In this document: positions 46,736-55,694 of the stretch, piece by piece
Numbering within the stretch: the stretch's first letter is position 1
Layout: the number at the start of each line of letters is the position of its first letter
Origin: Anaerolineales bacterium
GTDB taxonomy: Bacteria > Chloroflexota > Anaerolineae > Anaerolineales > UBA4823
DNA length: 64,000 nt
Assembly: GCA_046485135.1 (NCBI GenBank)
Contig: JAWOHN010000118.1
Span: 6,836 to 70,835 of the forward strand
Direction: 5' to 3'
Position numbers and translations under genes: made by a program
The notes under the pieces: generated by a model
Databases searched by the model: none
The model's input: the letters and a program-made list of their open reading frames with translations, nothing else
Told to the model about the DNA's origin: nothing

Positions 46736-48205
46736 TCACTGTCTAGAAGAATAATCCGGCTCAGGCGTATTGCGCAGCATCCGCAGATGAACTACCTGCT
46801 GGGTGGAATTTGAGATTTGGCAGGCATGCGCCATCCGCATCCCCGGGATCCAAACCAGCTTATCGGCTGAAAAAATTAACGGCCAGTTTGCCCGCGCGCG
46901 GGCGGGGATTTTCATGTTAACCATGAAATCAGACACCTTCATCGTCTTACCTGCCATCCCCAAAGGTTCAAAGCGATCTCCAGGTTGCCGGCATCGTACG
47001 GTAAGCGGCAAATGTAAATGGGCTGCATCGATCCATATCTGGAATGGATCAGGGTTACCCAGGGCTGGCTTTTCAATTGTTTCGTCTAAAACCAAAGATT
47101 CTGCATGGATTTGCCAATCATCAACCAAACAGACAGACCCGGGCGCCGGTAGAAACAACCCCTCACTGCAGCCATCGTCAGCCGCCAACTGAGGCCAATC
47201 ACTCACCGGAAGATCTGCCTGCCAGGATGCAAGCCATAGCAGGTCAGCCTCTCGGAGCAGGTACATCCCCGCAGCCAAATCCAACCGTCTGCTACGAGTG
47301 CTGTGTTCAATAAACCCAAGTGCCCGTTCAACTGTGCTGAAATCGATATCTCGCAAGCCGGGAAGGAGCCATGAAATGCCTCTGCGCATCAGATGACGTT
47401 TTATTCCCTCCGGTTGAATAAATAGGGCAGGTGCTCGGAAGGAAACATATCCCTGACCTTGTTCAACCAGGCACTCTTCCCAGGCTGCATCCAGGTTTGC
47501 TTCGATCACATCGTAATCTGCAGAGAGGACCTGCGCCATCCGCCAGATAACCCGGCGGATCCCTGGGTTGAAATCTGCCAGATACGGAATCAATTCATGG
47601 CGAAGACGGTTCCGAAAAATGCTGGTATCCAGGTTGGTCTGGTCATGTATTGAATTAATTTTCCTGTCCTTTAAATAAGCCAGGATCTCCTCCCGCCAAA
47701 TTTCTAATAGTGGGCGTACTAGAGGGATATGATCGCACCAGGGAGATGGCAGGGTTAAATACTGCATTCCACGCAACCCTGCCATACCTGCTCCTCTGAG
47801 AAAATGCATCAGTACGGTCTCAACCTGGTCATCAGCATTGTGGGCAACTACAACAGCTTGGGCCTGTACCAGTTCTGCCTGCTGAAAGAGAAATCTGTAG
47901 CGAAGATTCCGGGCAGCTTCTTCTATTGACAGGGAGTGGATACAGGCATAACTAGAAACATCTTCTTTTCCGATTACAACAGGTAGACCTGCTCTTTTTG
48001 CAATCTGTTCCACAAATTCCGCGTCTGATTGGGACTCAGGACGGAGCCCATGATTCAAATGAGCTACAACAAGTGGGTAGCCAAGTTGGACCAGCACATC
48101 CAACAAGCACATGCTATCTGGTCCACCAGAAACGCCAACCAGCAGGGTTTTTCCAGAACTAAGAAAACAATTCTGCTGTAAAATACTATTAACTCTATTT
48201 AGCAT
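46736..48205 (-). CDS. tilS: tRNA(Ile)-lysidine synthase
   Basis: 489 aa. LVGVSGGPDSMCL PP-loop and a long C-terminal substrate-binding region. Confidence 0.85.
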   Translation of the reverse strand: MLNRVNSILQQNCFLSSGKTLLVGVSGGPDSMCLLDVLVQLGYPLVVAHLNHGLRPESQSDAEFVEQIAKRAGLPVVIGKEDVSSYACIHSLSIEEAARNLRYRFLFQQAELVQAQAVVVAHNADDQVETVLMHFLRGAGMAGLRGMQYLTLPSPWCDHIPLVRPLLEIWREEILAYLKDRKINSIHDQTNLDTSIFRNRLRHELIPYLADFNPGIRRVIWRMAQVLSADYDVIEANLDAAWEECLVEQGQGYVSFRAPALFIQPEGIKRHLMRRGISWLLPGLRDIDFSTVERALGFIEHSTRSRRLDLAAGMYLLREADLLWLASWQADLPVSDWPQLAADDGCSEGLFLPAPGSVCLVDDWQIHAESLVLDETIEKPALGNPDPFQIWIDAAHLHLPLTVRCRQPGDRFEPLGMAGKTMKVSDFMVNMKIPARARANWPLIFSADKLVWIPGMRMAHACQISNSTQQVVHLRMLRNTPEPDYSSRQ

Positions 48206-48338
48206 GGTAGAGGCGATTATAGCATTTCTACGACGTTCTGCTGTTCAAGAAATTCATTAAAACAAGCCTGTCTTTGTTGCTACGGCCAAAATATGATCAA
48301 AATATGTCTGGGGATATTCCAACCTATAAGGAGAGCTT

Positions 48339-49490
48339 ATGGCAGAGAAAATACTGATCGTAGATGATGATGTTGACACTCTTCGGTTGGTTGGCTTAAT
48401 GCTTCAACGACAAGGATACCAGATAGTAGCTGCAAATAACGGTCAGCAGGCTCTGGTCATGGCGAAAACCGAAGAACCTGATTTGATCTTATTGGACATC
48501 ATGATGCCAGACCTGGACGGCTATGAGGTTACCCGACAGCTTCGAGATAACCCAGAGACAAGCGGCATTCCCATTATCATGTTTACAGCCAAATCTCAGC
48601 TCGAAGACCGCGTAACCGGATTTGAAGTAGGTGCAGATGACTACCTGACTAAGCCAACCCAACCAAGGGAGCTTTTTGTACATGTCCAAGATATCTTAGC
48701 CCGGAAACAAGCCACCGGGGTGGTTTCTCCTATTCAACGTGGTCATGTTGTTGGGATCCTGGCCGCCAAAGGTGGCCAGGGCATATCCACGCTGGCTATT
48801 AATTTGGGAATAGCCCTACACACAAAAATCCGGCAACAAGTCATTGTGGCGGAATTACGCCCCGGCGAAGGCAGCATGGCGCTTGATCTGGGTTTGACAC
48901 CGGGTGATGGGCTGAGCCGGTTGCTGGAGCTTGATCCGGCTGCGCTGACCATAGAAGAAATCGAAGCTACCCTGGTGCAACATAGTTCTGGCATCCGTCT
49001 GTTGCTGTCGTCTTATCTCCCCACAGACACCCAACATCGAGGGATGGCAAACGAGTTTTTAGCTATTGCACAAGAGCTGCCTAATATTGCCAATTACGTC
49101 TTGTTAGATTTGGGAGTGGGCATTCACCAGATTACAGAAAAAGTACTCAACACCTGTGATATCCTGATTGTTGCTCTTGAGCCTTTCCCAAATACTGTAA
49201 TCCGCACCAAGATCTTGATAGATGAATTGGCCAGCAGAGGTTTTAACCAGGAGCGGTTACATACCGTCCTGATCAACCGTGCTCGCACGGATATCCAGCT
49301 AACCTGGAATCAAGTAAAAGAGCAGTTGAAATCCCCCATTGCGGTTGCCTTTACTCCTGTACCAGAACTGGCATACCAGGCAGCCAAGAAGAATATCCCA
49401 ATTGTGATCCAGCAGCCAGATAGCCTGGTGTCCCAACAATTCTCCAAGCTGGCAGATTTGATCACAACCAAGCTTCGCCAACAAGCATGA
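48339..49490 (+). CDS. Response-regulator receiver fused to a TadZ/CpaE-like (MinD/ParA-fold) ATPase domain
   Basis: 383 aa. Canonical REC residues (VDDD, LLDIMMPDLDG, FTAKS, YLTKP). P-loop is AAKGGQGISTLA (deviant Walker A without the GK[ST] lysine). AAGGAG lies upstream of the ATG. Confidence 0.75.
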   Translation: MAEKILIVDDDVDTLRLVGLMLQRQGYQIVAANNGQQALVMAKTEEPDLILLDIMMPDLDGYEVTRQLRDNPETSGIPIIMFTAKSQLEDRVTGFEVGADDYLTKPTQPRELFVHVQDILARKQATGVVSPIQRGHVVGILAAKGGQGISTLAINLGIALHTKIRQQVIVAELRPGEGSMALDLGLTPGDGLSRLLELDPAALTIEEIEATLVQHSSGIRLLLSSYLPTDTQHRGMANEFLAIAQELPNIANYVLLDLGVGIHQITEKVLNTCDILIVALEPFPNTVIRTKILIDELASRGFNQERLHTVLINRARTDIQLTWNQVKEQLKSPIAVAFTPVPELAYQAAKKNIPIVIQQPDSLVSQQFSKLADLITTKLRQQA

Positions 49491-50263
49491 TTACTGACTC
49501 ACAAGAAACAAATAATGCAATTCGCCGGGCCGCCAGGCTGATCAAAGCATCTAGGAAAGCTGTTGTTCTGACCGGGGCAGGCTTTTCCACCCCCTCCGGT
49601 GTACCAGATTTCCGCTCACCTGGCAGTGGCTTGTGGACCAGGTACCTTCCGATGGAAGTGGCGTCCCTAAGCACCTTCCGCTACGATCCAGAGAAGTTTT
49701 TTGCCTGGCTAAGACCGCTGGCCAGCCATATGTTGAGGGCAGAGCCCAATCCTGCTCATAAAGCCCTGGCAGACCTGGAAAGCGCTGGATTTGTCAAAGC
49801 CATCATCACTCAAAATATCGACTTTTTGCACCAGCGAGCAGGATCAAAATCTGTCATTGAAGTTCATGGCACTTTTAACACACTCACTTGCACAAGCTGT
49901 TACAAGCAACACAATTCAGCAGGATTTATGGATATGTTTATTGAAGAAGGAACCATTCCACACTGTCCGGATTGCCACAGTCTGCTCAAGCCAGACGTAA
50001 TCCTATTTGAAGAACAGCTTCCTGTGCGGATGTGGATGCTTGCCCAAGAAGCAAGCAGCACCTGCGACCTGATGCTGGTTGCGGGAACTTCTCTGGAGGT
50101 AATGCCGTCTGCCGGGCTCCCAGTCAGGGCAGCGGATAACGGGGCTCACCTGGTCGTGGTAAACAAGTCAACTACCTTTATTGATGAACGGGCAGATCTA
50201 TTGTTTATGGATGATGTGGCAGAAATCATTCCTCGCATAACAGCGGAGATCTTAGGTGGTTAA
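49487..50263 (+). CDS. Sir2-family NAD-dependent deacylase (second sirtuin, different subclass)
   Basis: 258 aa. GAGFSTPSGVPDFRSPGSGLW, ITQNIDFLHQRAGS, EVHGT, CTSC...CPDC zinc module. ATGA overlap with the upstream gene. Confidence 0.85.
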   Translation: MITDSQETNNAIRRAARLIKASRKAVVLTGAGFSTPSGVPDFRSPGSGLWTRYLPMEVASLSTFRYDPEKFFAWLRPLASHMLRAEPNPAHKALADLESAGFVKAIITQNIDFLHQRAGSKSVIEVHGTFNTLTCTSCYKQHNSAGFMDMFIEEGTIPHCPDCHSLLKPDVILFEEQLPVRMWMLAQEASSTCDLMLVAGTSLEVMPSAGLPVRAADNGAHLVVVNKSTTFIDERADLLFMDDVAEIIPRITAEILGG

Positions 50264-51455
50264 CTCAATAACAGGTTCACTTCTTGAACGATACCAGCGC
50301 CTGACAGAGATCAGCCAGGAACTTGCATCCACACTGGAACTAGAGATTCTCTTGGACCGCATCGTCCATGCTGCAGCAGATTTGAGCGATGCCGAGGCCG
50401 CTTCAATCTTGTTGTATGACGAAAATCACCAGCAGCTCCAATTTGAAGCTGCTACAAACCTGGAAGAACCAATGATGCGGGGTCTCGTTGTACCAGTGAA
50501 CAACAGCCTGGCAGGGTGGATTGTCATGAACCGCCAACCCGTTATCATAGATGACGCTACCCAAGACTCACGTCATTTTGGTCATATTTCCAAGGTAACC
50601 AAGATCAGTACCAAATCGCTCTTGGGGGTGCCGCTAATCACCAAAGACAAGGTCGTAGGTGTGTTGGAGGCGATCAACAAACGCTCCGGCGCTTTTGACA
50701 AAAATGACGAAAATATCATGACAGCCTTAGGAGCGCAAGTTGCTGTAGCCATTGAAAATGCTCGCTTGTTCCAACAATCAGACCTGATCTCTGAACTGGT
50801 CCACGAGCTACGTACTCCCCTGGCATCTTTAAGCACAGCCGCGCACCTGCTTTTACGACCAGAAGTGTCCGAGGACCAGCGTGTCAAGATGGTTCAAATT
50901 ATTCATGACGAGACCTTCAGGCTTTCTGAGATGACAACGGCCTTCCTCGATTTGGCCAGATTGGAATCTGGGCGCGCCCGCTTCCAACCGGAAATTTTTC
51001 CCGTCAATGATGTCTTAGAAGATTGCGCAGTCATGATGCGCAGCAGGGCAAATGAAAAAGGAATCAGCCTGAATTTGGAAATCCAGGAAAAGATGCCGCT
51101 GATATCAGCAGACCGAAACAAAATCAAACAGGTCATCTTAAATTTGCTCAGCAATGCAATCAAATATAACCGCCCCACAGGTGTAATCACCTTAGAGACC
51201 CATGCTACCCGCAAAGAAGTCATCATTTCTGTGCGCGATACTGGGCTGGGAATCCTTCCAGATGTCAAAGAGCACCTCTTTGAAAAATTTTATCGAGCAC
51301 CCGGTTCAGAAAACCAGGTTCAAGGCACTGGGTTGGGGCTGGCAATCTGCAAACGGATCATTGACGCTCACCAAGGAAAGATCGAAGTGAACAGTGTGGC
51401 GGGGTCAGGTAGCACCTTCACTGTTTATCTGCCATTAAAACCCCGCCGGAGCTAA
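50256..51455 (+). CDS. Soluble GAF-domain sensor histidine kinase
   Basis: 399 aa. GAF region, HELRTPL H-box, LLSNAIKYN, VRDTGLGI, GTGLGLAICK. GTG start lies 8 nt inside the sirtuin ORF. Confidence 0.85.
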   Translation: MVNSITGSLLERYQRLTEISQELASTLELEILLDRIVHAAADLSDAEAASILLYDENHQQLQFEAATNLEEPMMRGLVVPVNNSLAGWIVMNRQPVIIDDATQDSRHFGHISKVTKISTKSLLGVPLITKDKVVGVLEAINKRSGAFDKNDENIMTALGAQVAVAIENARLFQQSDLISELVHELRTPLASLSTAAHLLLRPEVSEDQRVKMVQIIHDETFRLSEMTTAFLDLARLESGRARFQPEIFPVNDVLEDCAVMMRSRANEKGISLNLEIQEKMPLISADRNKIKQVILNLLSNAIKYNRPTGVITLETHATRKEVIISVRDTGLGILPDVKEHLFEKFYRAPGSENQVQGTGLGLAICKRIIDAHQGKIEVNSVAGSGSTFTVYLPLKPRRS

Positions 51456-51499
51456 GTATGAACTGATATCCTTCAGGCTTGAAGCACGCGTATCGTCAC

Positions 51500-51528
51500 T
51501 TGTAATTTGTTTCACTTTCAATGATAAT
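51500..51528 (+). promoter_or_regulatory. Candidate promoter for folD
   Basis: TTGTAA, 17-nt spacer, GATAAT, ~80 nt upstream of ATG 51611. Confidence 0.4.
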
Positions 51529-51610
51529 GATAAGAGGTAGCGCCAATTCTAATAGTTTAGGCGTTATCGCATTGGTCCCTCAGTCCTAAGCCCCTATAAG
51601 GAGAAAAATT

Positions 51611-52492
51611 ATGACAGCAGAGTTATTAGACGGCAAAGCAATTGCCGCAGAAGTCCGGGAAGCAGTAGCTGTAGAGGTAGCGGCAATGATTGCGGCTGGC
51701 CAACCCAAACCCGGCCTGGCTACAGTGTTGGTGGGTGATAACCCCGCCTCTCAGGTTTATGTAAGCTCGAAACAAAAAGCCTGCGCACAGGTAGGGATAG
51801 AATCATTTGGGTTCAAGCTGCCCGCCACCGCGTCTCAGGATGAGGTCGATGGCCTGGTCCGGGAATTAAATCAGGACGAAAGGGTCAACGGAATCCTGGT
51901 ACAGCTACCTCTTCCCAGTGGCTTGGATGAGGAGCGTGTCCTCAGCACAATCAGTATTGAAAAAGACGTCGATGGTTTTCACCCACTGAATATCGGTCGC
52001 TTAGCTCAAAAGGGAAGAGATCCTCTCTTTATCCCTTGCACTCCTTTTGGGGTGATGTACATGCTCGAACACCTGGGAGTAAAACTAGAAGGGGCTAACG
52101 CAGTCGTTTTAGGCCGCTCCAATATCGTTGGTATGCCTGTAGCCTTGCTGATGGTGCGAGCGAATGCCACCACCACCATCTGCCACTCCCGCACCCGCGA
52201 TCTTCCTGCGGTTTGCGCCTCTGCAGATGTCCTGGTTGCAGCGGTCGGCCGAGCTCAGATGGTACGCGGAGACTGGGTCAAACCGGGTGCAGTGGTGATC
52301 GATGTAGGCATCAACCGCATCGATGATCCCACTCATCCAAAAGGCTCACGCTTGGTTGGTGATGTCCATTTTGATGAAGTAAAAGAGGTTGCCAGTGCGA
52401 TTACCCCGGTGCCCGGTGGAGTAGGCCCCATGACGATCGCCATGCTTCTAAAGAATACAGTCAGAGCAGCCCAAACAGCCAACGCCAAATAG
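51611..52492 (+). CDS. folD: Bifunctional methylenetetrahydrofolate dehydrogenase / methenyl-THF cyclohydrolase
   Basis: 293 aa. VGDNPASQVYV, GRSNIVGMPVA, PVPGGVGPMT. AAGGAG lies upstream. Confidence 0.95.
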   Translation: MTAELLDGKAIAAEVREAVAVEVAAMIAAGQPKPGLATVLVGDNPASQVYVSSKQKACAQVGIESFGFKLPATASQDEVDGLVRELNQDERVNGILVQLPLPSGLDEERVLSTISIEKDVDGFHPLNIGRLAQKGRDPLFIPCTPFGVMYMLEHLGVKLEGANAVVLGRSNIVGMPVALLMVRANATTTICHSRTRDLPAVCASADVLVAAVGRAQMVRGDWVKPGAVVIDVGINRIDDPTHPKGSRLVGDVHFDEVKEVASAITPVPGGVGPMTIAMLLKNTVRAAQTANAK

Positions 52493-52498
52493 GCTATT

Positions 52499-52544
52499 AA
52501 ATAACAACCTCCCGAGAGATTTACTGTTCGGGAGGTTGTTATTT
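52499..52544 (+). terminator. 17-bp perfect hairpin terminator after folD
   Basis: AAATAACAACCTCCCGA-12 nt-TCGGGAGGTTGTTATTT. Confidence 0.75.
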
Positions 52545-52582
52545 AAGTTGTAGACCAAACAACCTGTAATTGGATAAAAATC

Positions 52583-52618
52583 GATGGGTTGGGCAAACGT
52601 ATGCTTGTCCAACCCATC
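52583..52618 (-). terminator. Hairpin terminator after the HD-GYP gene
   Basis: GATGGGTTGGGCAA...TTGTCCAACCCATC. On the minus strand it is followed by GATTTTTAT. Confidence 0.7.
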
Positions 52619-52644
52619 TATTTCAGACCATTTTTCATTGAAAA

Positions 52645-54300
52645 TTAGAATAATTTCATAAACGCTTCAACCATTTGCGGGTCAAAATGTTTCCCATTTT
52701 GTTCACGAATGAATGAGAATACCTGGTCTTCATTCCAAGCCGGACGATAAGGACGATCAGAAAGCAAAGCATCCCATACATCCACAACTGCAAACATCCG
52801 AGCAGAAAATGGGATCTGGTCTCCTTTCAGACCGCGTGGATAGCCAGTGCCATCCCATTTTTCGTGATGGCAGTATGGAATATCTAAAGCAGGCTTCAGA
52901 TAAGTTATCGGTGATAACAAATCGTAGGCATATTCAGGATGCTTCTGCATGATAGCCCACTCATCCTTGGTGAGCGGACCTGGTTTCAATAAAATATTGT
53001 CAGGAACACCCATCTTTCCGATATCGTGCAGGAGAGCGCCTCTGCGAATATGTAGGAGATCATCGGGTTTTATATCCAGGGATTTTGCTAAGCGGAGGGT
53101 CATTGCTGCTACACGTTGATTATGCCCTTCCGTTCCTTGATCCCGTAACTCCAATGCCTTCGACCAACCTTCAAGCGTTGCGTCATAAGCCATGGTCAGC
53201 TGGATATTGGAACGTTGTGAGTTATTGTACATCGTGGCATTATCGACCGCAATTGCCGCATGGCTCGCCAAAGATTCCAGAAAGTTCATCCATTCTTCAT
53301 CGATTGCCAACCGTGTTCGATGAAAGATCTCCAGTATCCCCTGGACCTGGCCTTTCGCAATCAATGGCACTCCCAGATACTCAGTAAAGCCTTCATCAAC
53401 AATCTGGGGGGCGCGTTTGAACTCGCCTAAGGATGCGGATAAATTAGACACTCGGATGATCTGCCTATCCAAAGCCGCCAGCCCAGCATAACCTTCTCCT
53501 AAGCGTAGGTTGGTATGCTGGAGAGCTGTGGTGCGAAAGCCTCTTCCGGCCACATATTCGAACGTTTGAGAAGCAGGGTTAAATAACAAAACATCCGCTG
53601 AATCAACGTTAAGATGCCGGGTTACTTGATCGAGCAGGATATCCAGGGTGAGACGCAAATCCAGGCTGGAAGAAATCGCCATATCAACTTTACGCAGAGC
53701 TTCAAACCGGTCGAGCTGGCGTTGAATCCGCTTCTCTGATTGTTTTCGGTCGGTAATATCAATAACAAAACCTTCAACCGCAATAAAATCTTCCTCTGTA
53801 AGATATTCACCATGCCCTAGATCTCGAACCCATTTCTGATCCCCGGTTTCCGATATGATGCGATAGACAATATCAAAGGGCTTGCTATCTCTTAAAGCAG
53901 TATCCATACTATTAACCATAAATTCGCGATCCTCAGGATGAACTAAATCGATATAAGATATCATTTTACTATGCATTAAATCGGCAGGGCGGTAACCAGT
54001 GAGTTGCAAACATCCCTCACTTACATAATCGACAATCCAATTCCCATTATGGTGACTACGGTAAGCCATGCCTGGCAGGTTTTTAATTAAGAAAGGCAGA
54101 ATTCGGTTGTTCTCTGAAAGCAAGACTGGTTTGCTCGCTTCCAGTTGTCGGTTGGCAGGCAGACCGAATTTTTCACCAGGACGGCCAAAACGGCCTGAAT
54201 CACTTCTCCCGTGATCCAAGCCGCTGAATTCACTTTGAATCCCTGGCGAGGATTGGTCTACCATTGATGCTATCGCTCTCACCTTCTTAGAAGACATCAT
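52645..54300 (-). CDS. PAS-GAF-HD-GYP protein (putative c-di-GMP phosphodiesterase)
   Basis: 551 aa. PAS-like block (GCLQLTGYRPADL), GAF block, LLHDIGK and HHEKWDGTGYP. Confidence 0.85.
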   Translation of the reverse strand: MMSSKKVRAIASMVDQSSPGIQSEFSGLDHGRSDSGRFGRPGEKFGLPANRQLEASKPVLLSENNRILPFLIKNLPGMAYRSHHNGNWIVDYVSEGCLQLTGYRPADLMHSKMISYIDLVHPEDREFMVNSMDTALRDSKPFDIVYRIISETGDQKWVRDLGHGEYLTEEDFIAVEGFVIDITDRKQSEKRIQRQLDRFEALRKVDMAISSSLDLRLTLDILLDQVTRHLNVDSADVLLFNPASQTFEYVAGRGFRTTALQHTNLRLGEGYAGLAALDRQIIRVSNLSASLGEFKRAPQIVDEGFTEYLGVPLIAKGQVQGILEIFHRTRLAIDEEWMNFLESLASHAAIAVDNATMYNNSQRSNIQLTMAYDATLEGWSKALELRDQGTEGHNQRVAAMTLRLAKSLDIKPDDLLHIRRGALLHDIGKMGVPDNILLKPGPLTKDEWAIMQKHPEYAYDLLSPITYLKPALDIPYCHHEKWDGTGYPRGLKGDQIPFSARMFAVVDVWDALLSDRPYRPAWNEDQVFSFIREQNGKHFDPQMVEAFMKLF

Positions 54301-54470
54301 TCATGACCAGCCTGATCACGCTGGAGTTATGAGTCCAAACAAATGGATTCTGCCAGGCTGGGGTGATGGCTAATAGGTATTTATTTGTAATTGAGACAAT
54401 TCCAGCTATCCATTGCCTCGGCGCAGGCTTAACTTACATCCTGCCTGCCCTTTACAATTTCGAAAGACTA

Positions 54471-54764
54471 CTAAACAAATGGTCTCTTACGTACATCCCG
54501 GTCGGTCTTTCTAAAAGTATTTGGATTTTGGCTTCCAGTGAGTTTCATCGCAAATTCTGTCAGCGATTTGGCATTAATCGAGAGAATTAATGCTTTCTCC
54601 TCTTTCGCCAATCGGAAAGATTCACCGTTATAACCAGCATCCAGAGCATTGGCTGGGTTGGTTAGCAACATATTACAAAAATTACGATTTACCACTGCAG
54701 CAGTAAGAAGCCGGCTGAGCTCACCTAAATTGGATGCAGGACTTGTCGGGTACATAGCTGTCAT
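54471..54764 (-). CDS. 97-aa hypothetical helical protein (LigA / NHLP-leader-like impression only)
   Basis: ATGA overlap with the upstream DUF5317-like gene. Core sequence: LSRLLTAAVVNRNFCNMLLTNPANALDAGYNGESFRLAKEEKALILSINAKSLTEFAMKL. Confidence 0.5.
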   Translation of the reverse strand: MTAMYPTSPASNLGELSRLLTAAVVNRNFCNMLLTNPANALDAGYNGESFRLAKEEKALILSINAKSLTEFAMKLTGSQNPNTFRKTDRDVRKRPFV

Positions 54765-55405
54765 GTTAATACTGCTCCTTTGTTAATTCTCACTGGTGGT
54801 TCTTGACATCCTGCAAGGGACCACATCATCCAGAAGGCGCCCACTCCAATGAGCACATCGCCCAGGCTAAAGGCTACACGGTATGGGACCCAGTCAGGTA
54901 AAACAAATCGGTCCGACAAGAATCCCAGGCGAATGTCTGGTGCGTTGAGGACAATGTCCTTGCTAATTCCAAATCGTTGTCCAATTTCCCATCTTGCTGC
55001 CAAATTATCTTGTGTGATCCGGCTGGCTGTTTCGGTGCTTACTGGCATCAGCCCACCATTTGCGATCATCACAATGAAATTGAGAGCTAAGCCCAGACCT
55101 AACATCCAAAACCCAGGCTGCCTGCGGTTAATCCAGGCAAAAGCTAACAAAATCAACTGGCTGGAAATCAGGCCTAACGGAACGACTCCATCGGGGATAA
55201 TGCTCCACAGAGACTGTATCCGTAAGGCGATGATTTGCCCAACAAAGGCTATCGGAACTAACCAAATCCCGTTTAAGCTGGGAACTTGAAGTTTGCATTT
55301 CCGATACCTTGCTCGTGCCAGTCCAGCCAATAATCCGGCCAGGACAGCAAAAAGGAGGATCAAAGACAGCTTAGAAGCCCGGGCCGGAATTGATGCCGGG
55401 CCCAC
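54761..55405 (-). CDS. DUF5317-like polytopic membrane protein
   Basis: LNFIVMIANGGLMPVS and SLGDVLIGVGAFWMMW match my recollection of DUF5317. Start is uncertain: GTG 55405 overlaps the 53-aa ORF by 35 nt, and TTG 55363 is an alternative. Confidence 0.55.
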   Translation of the reverse strand: MGPASIPARASKLSLILLFAVLAGLLAGLARARYRKCKLQVPSLNGIWLVPIAFVGQIIALRIQSLWSIIPDGVVPLGLISSQLILLAFAWINRRQPGFWMLGLGLALNFIVMIANGGLMPVSTETASRITQDNLAARWEIGQRFGISKDIVLNAPDIRLGFLSDRFVLPDWVPYRVAFSLGDVLIGVGAFWMMWSLAGCQEPPVRINKGAVLT

Positions 55406-55532
55406 CGCCAGAGACTGGGGCGCCTGCGCCCAAAACGAACAACATCAGCGTAACCACCAGAACAATAACTTGGACGTGCTGGCGATTGAGTTGGGATACA
55501 TTGAAGGTCAACTGGCGAATGGTGTCTTTCAT
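55371..55532 (-). CDS. Unannotated 53-aa membrane peptide with a Gly/Pro-rich tail
   Basis: ATG 55532 has AAGGAG 7 nt upstream. Product: MKDTIRQLTFNVSQLNRQHVQVIVLVVTLMLFVLGAGAPVSGGGPGINSGPGF. Confidence 0.5.
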   Translation of the reverse strand: MKDTIRQLTFNVSQLNRQHVQVIVLVVTLMLFVLGAGAPVSGGGPGINSGPGF

Positions 55533-55694
55533 GATAACAATCTCCTTTATGTTAGTCTTTCTGTTTCATTGCACAATTTCTATTATGCATATGACGGTCA
55601 CCGAAAGTGCCTCTTAAGTGACCAAAAAGGCCAGGAAAAACCAGGCTTTTTTCCTAATTAGCCCTATTAAACCTATCATTTTTGTAAGGTCTTG

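Noticed and set aside
51529-51610. Possible THF riboswitch in the folD leader.
   Set aside because: The leader is short (~80 nt), and I could not recognise the conserved pseudoknot or junction elements of THF-I or THF-II motifs by eye. A covariance-model scan would be needed.
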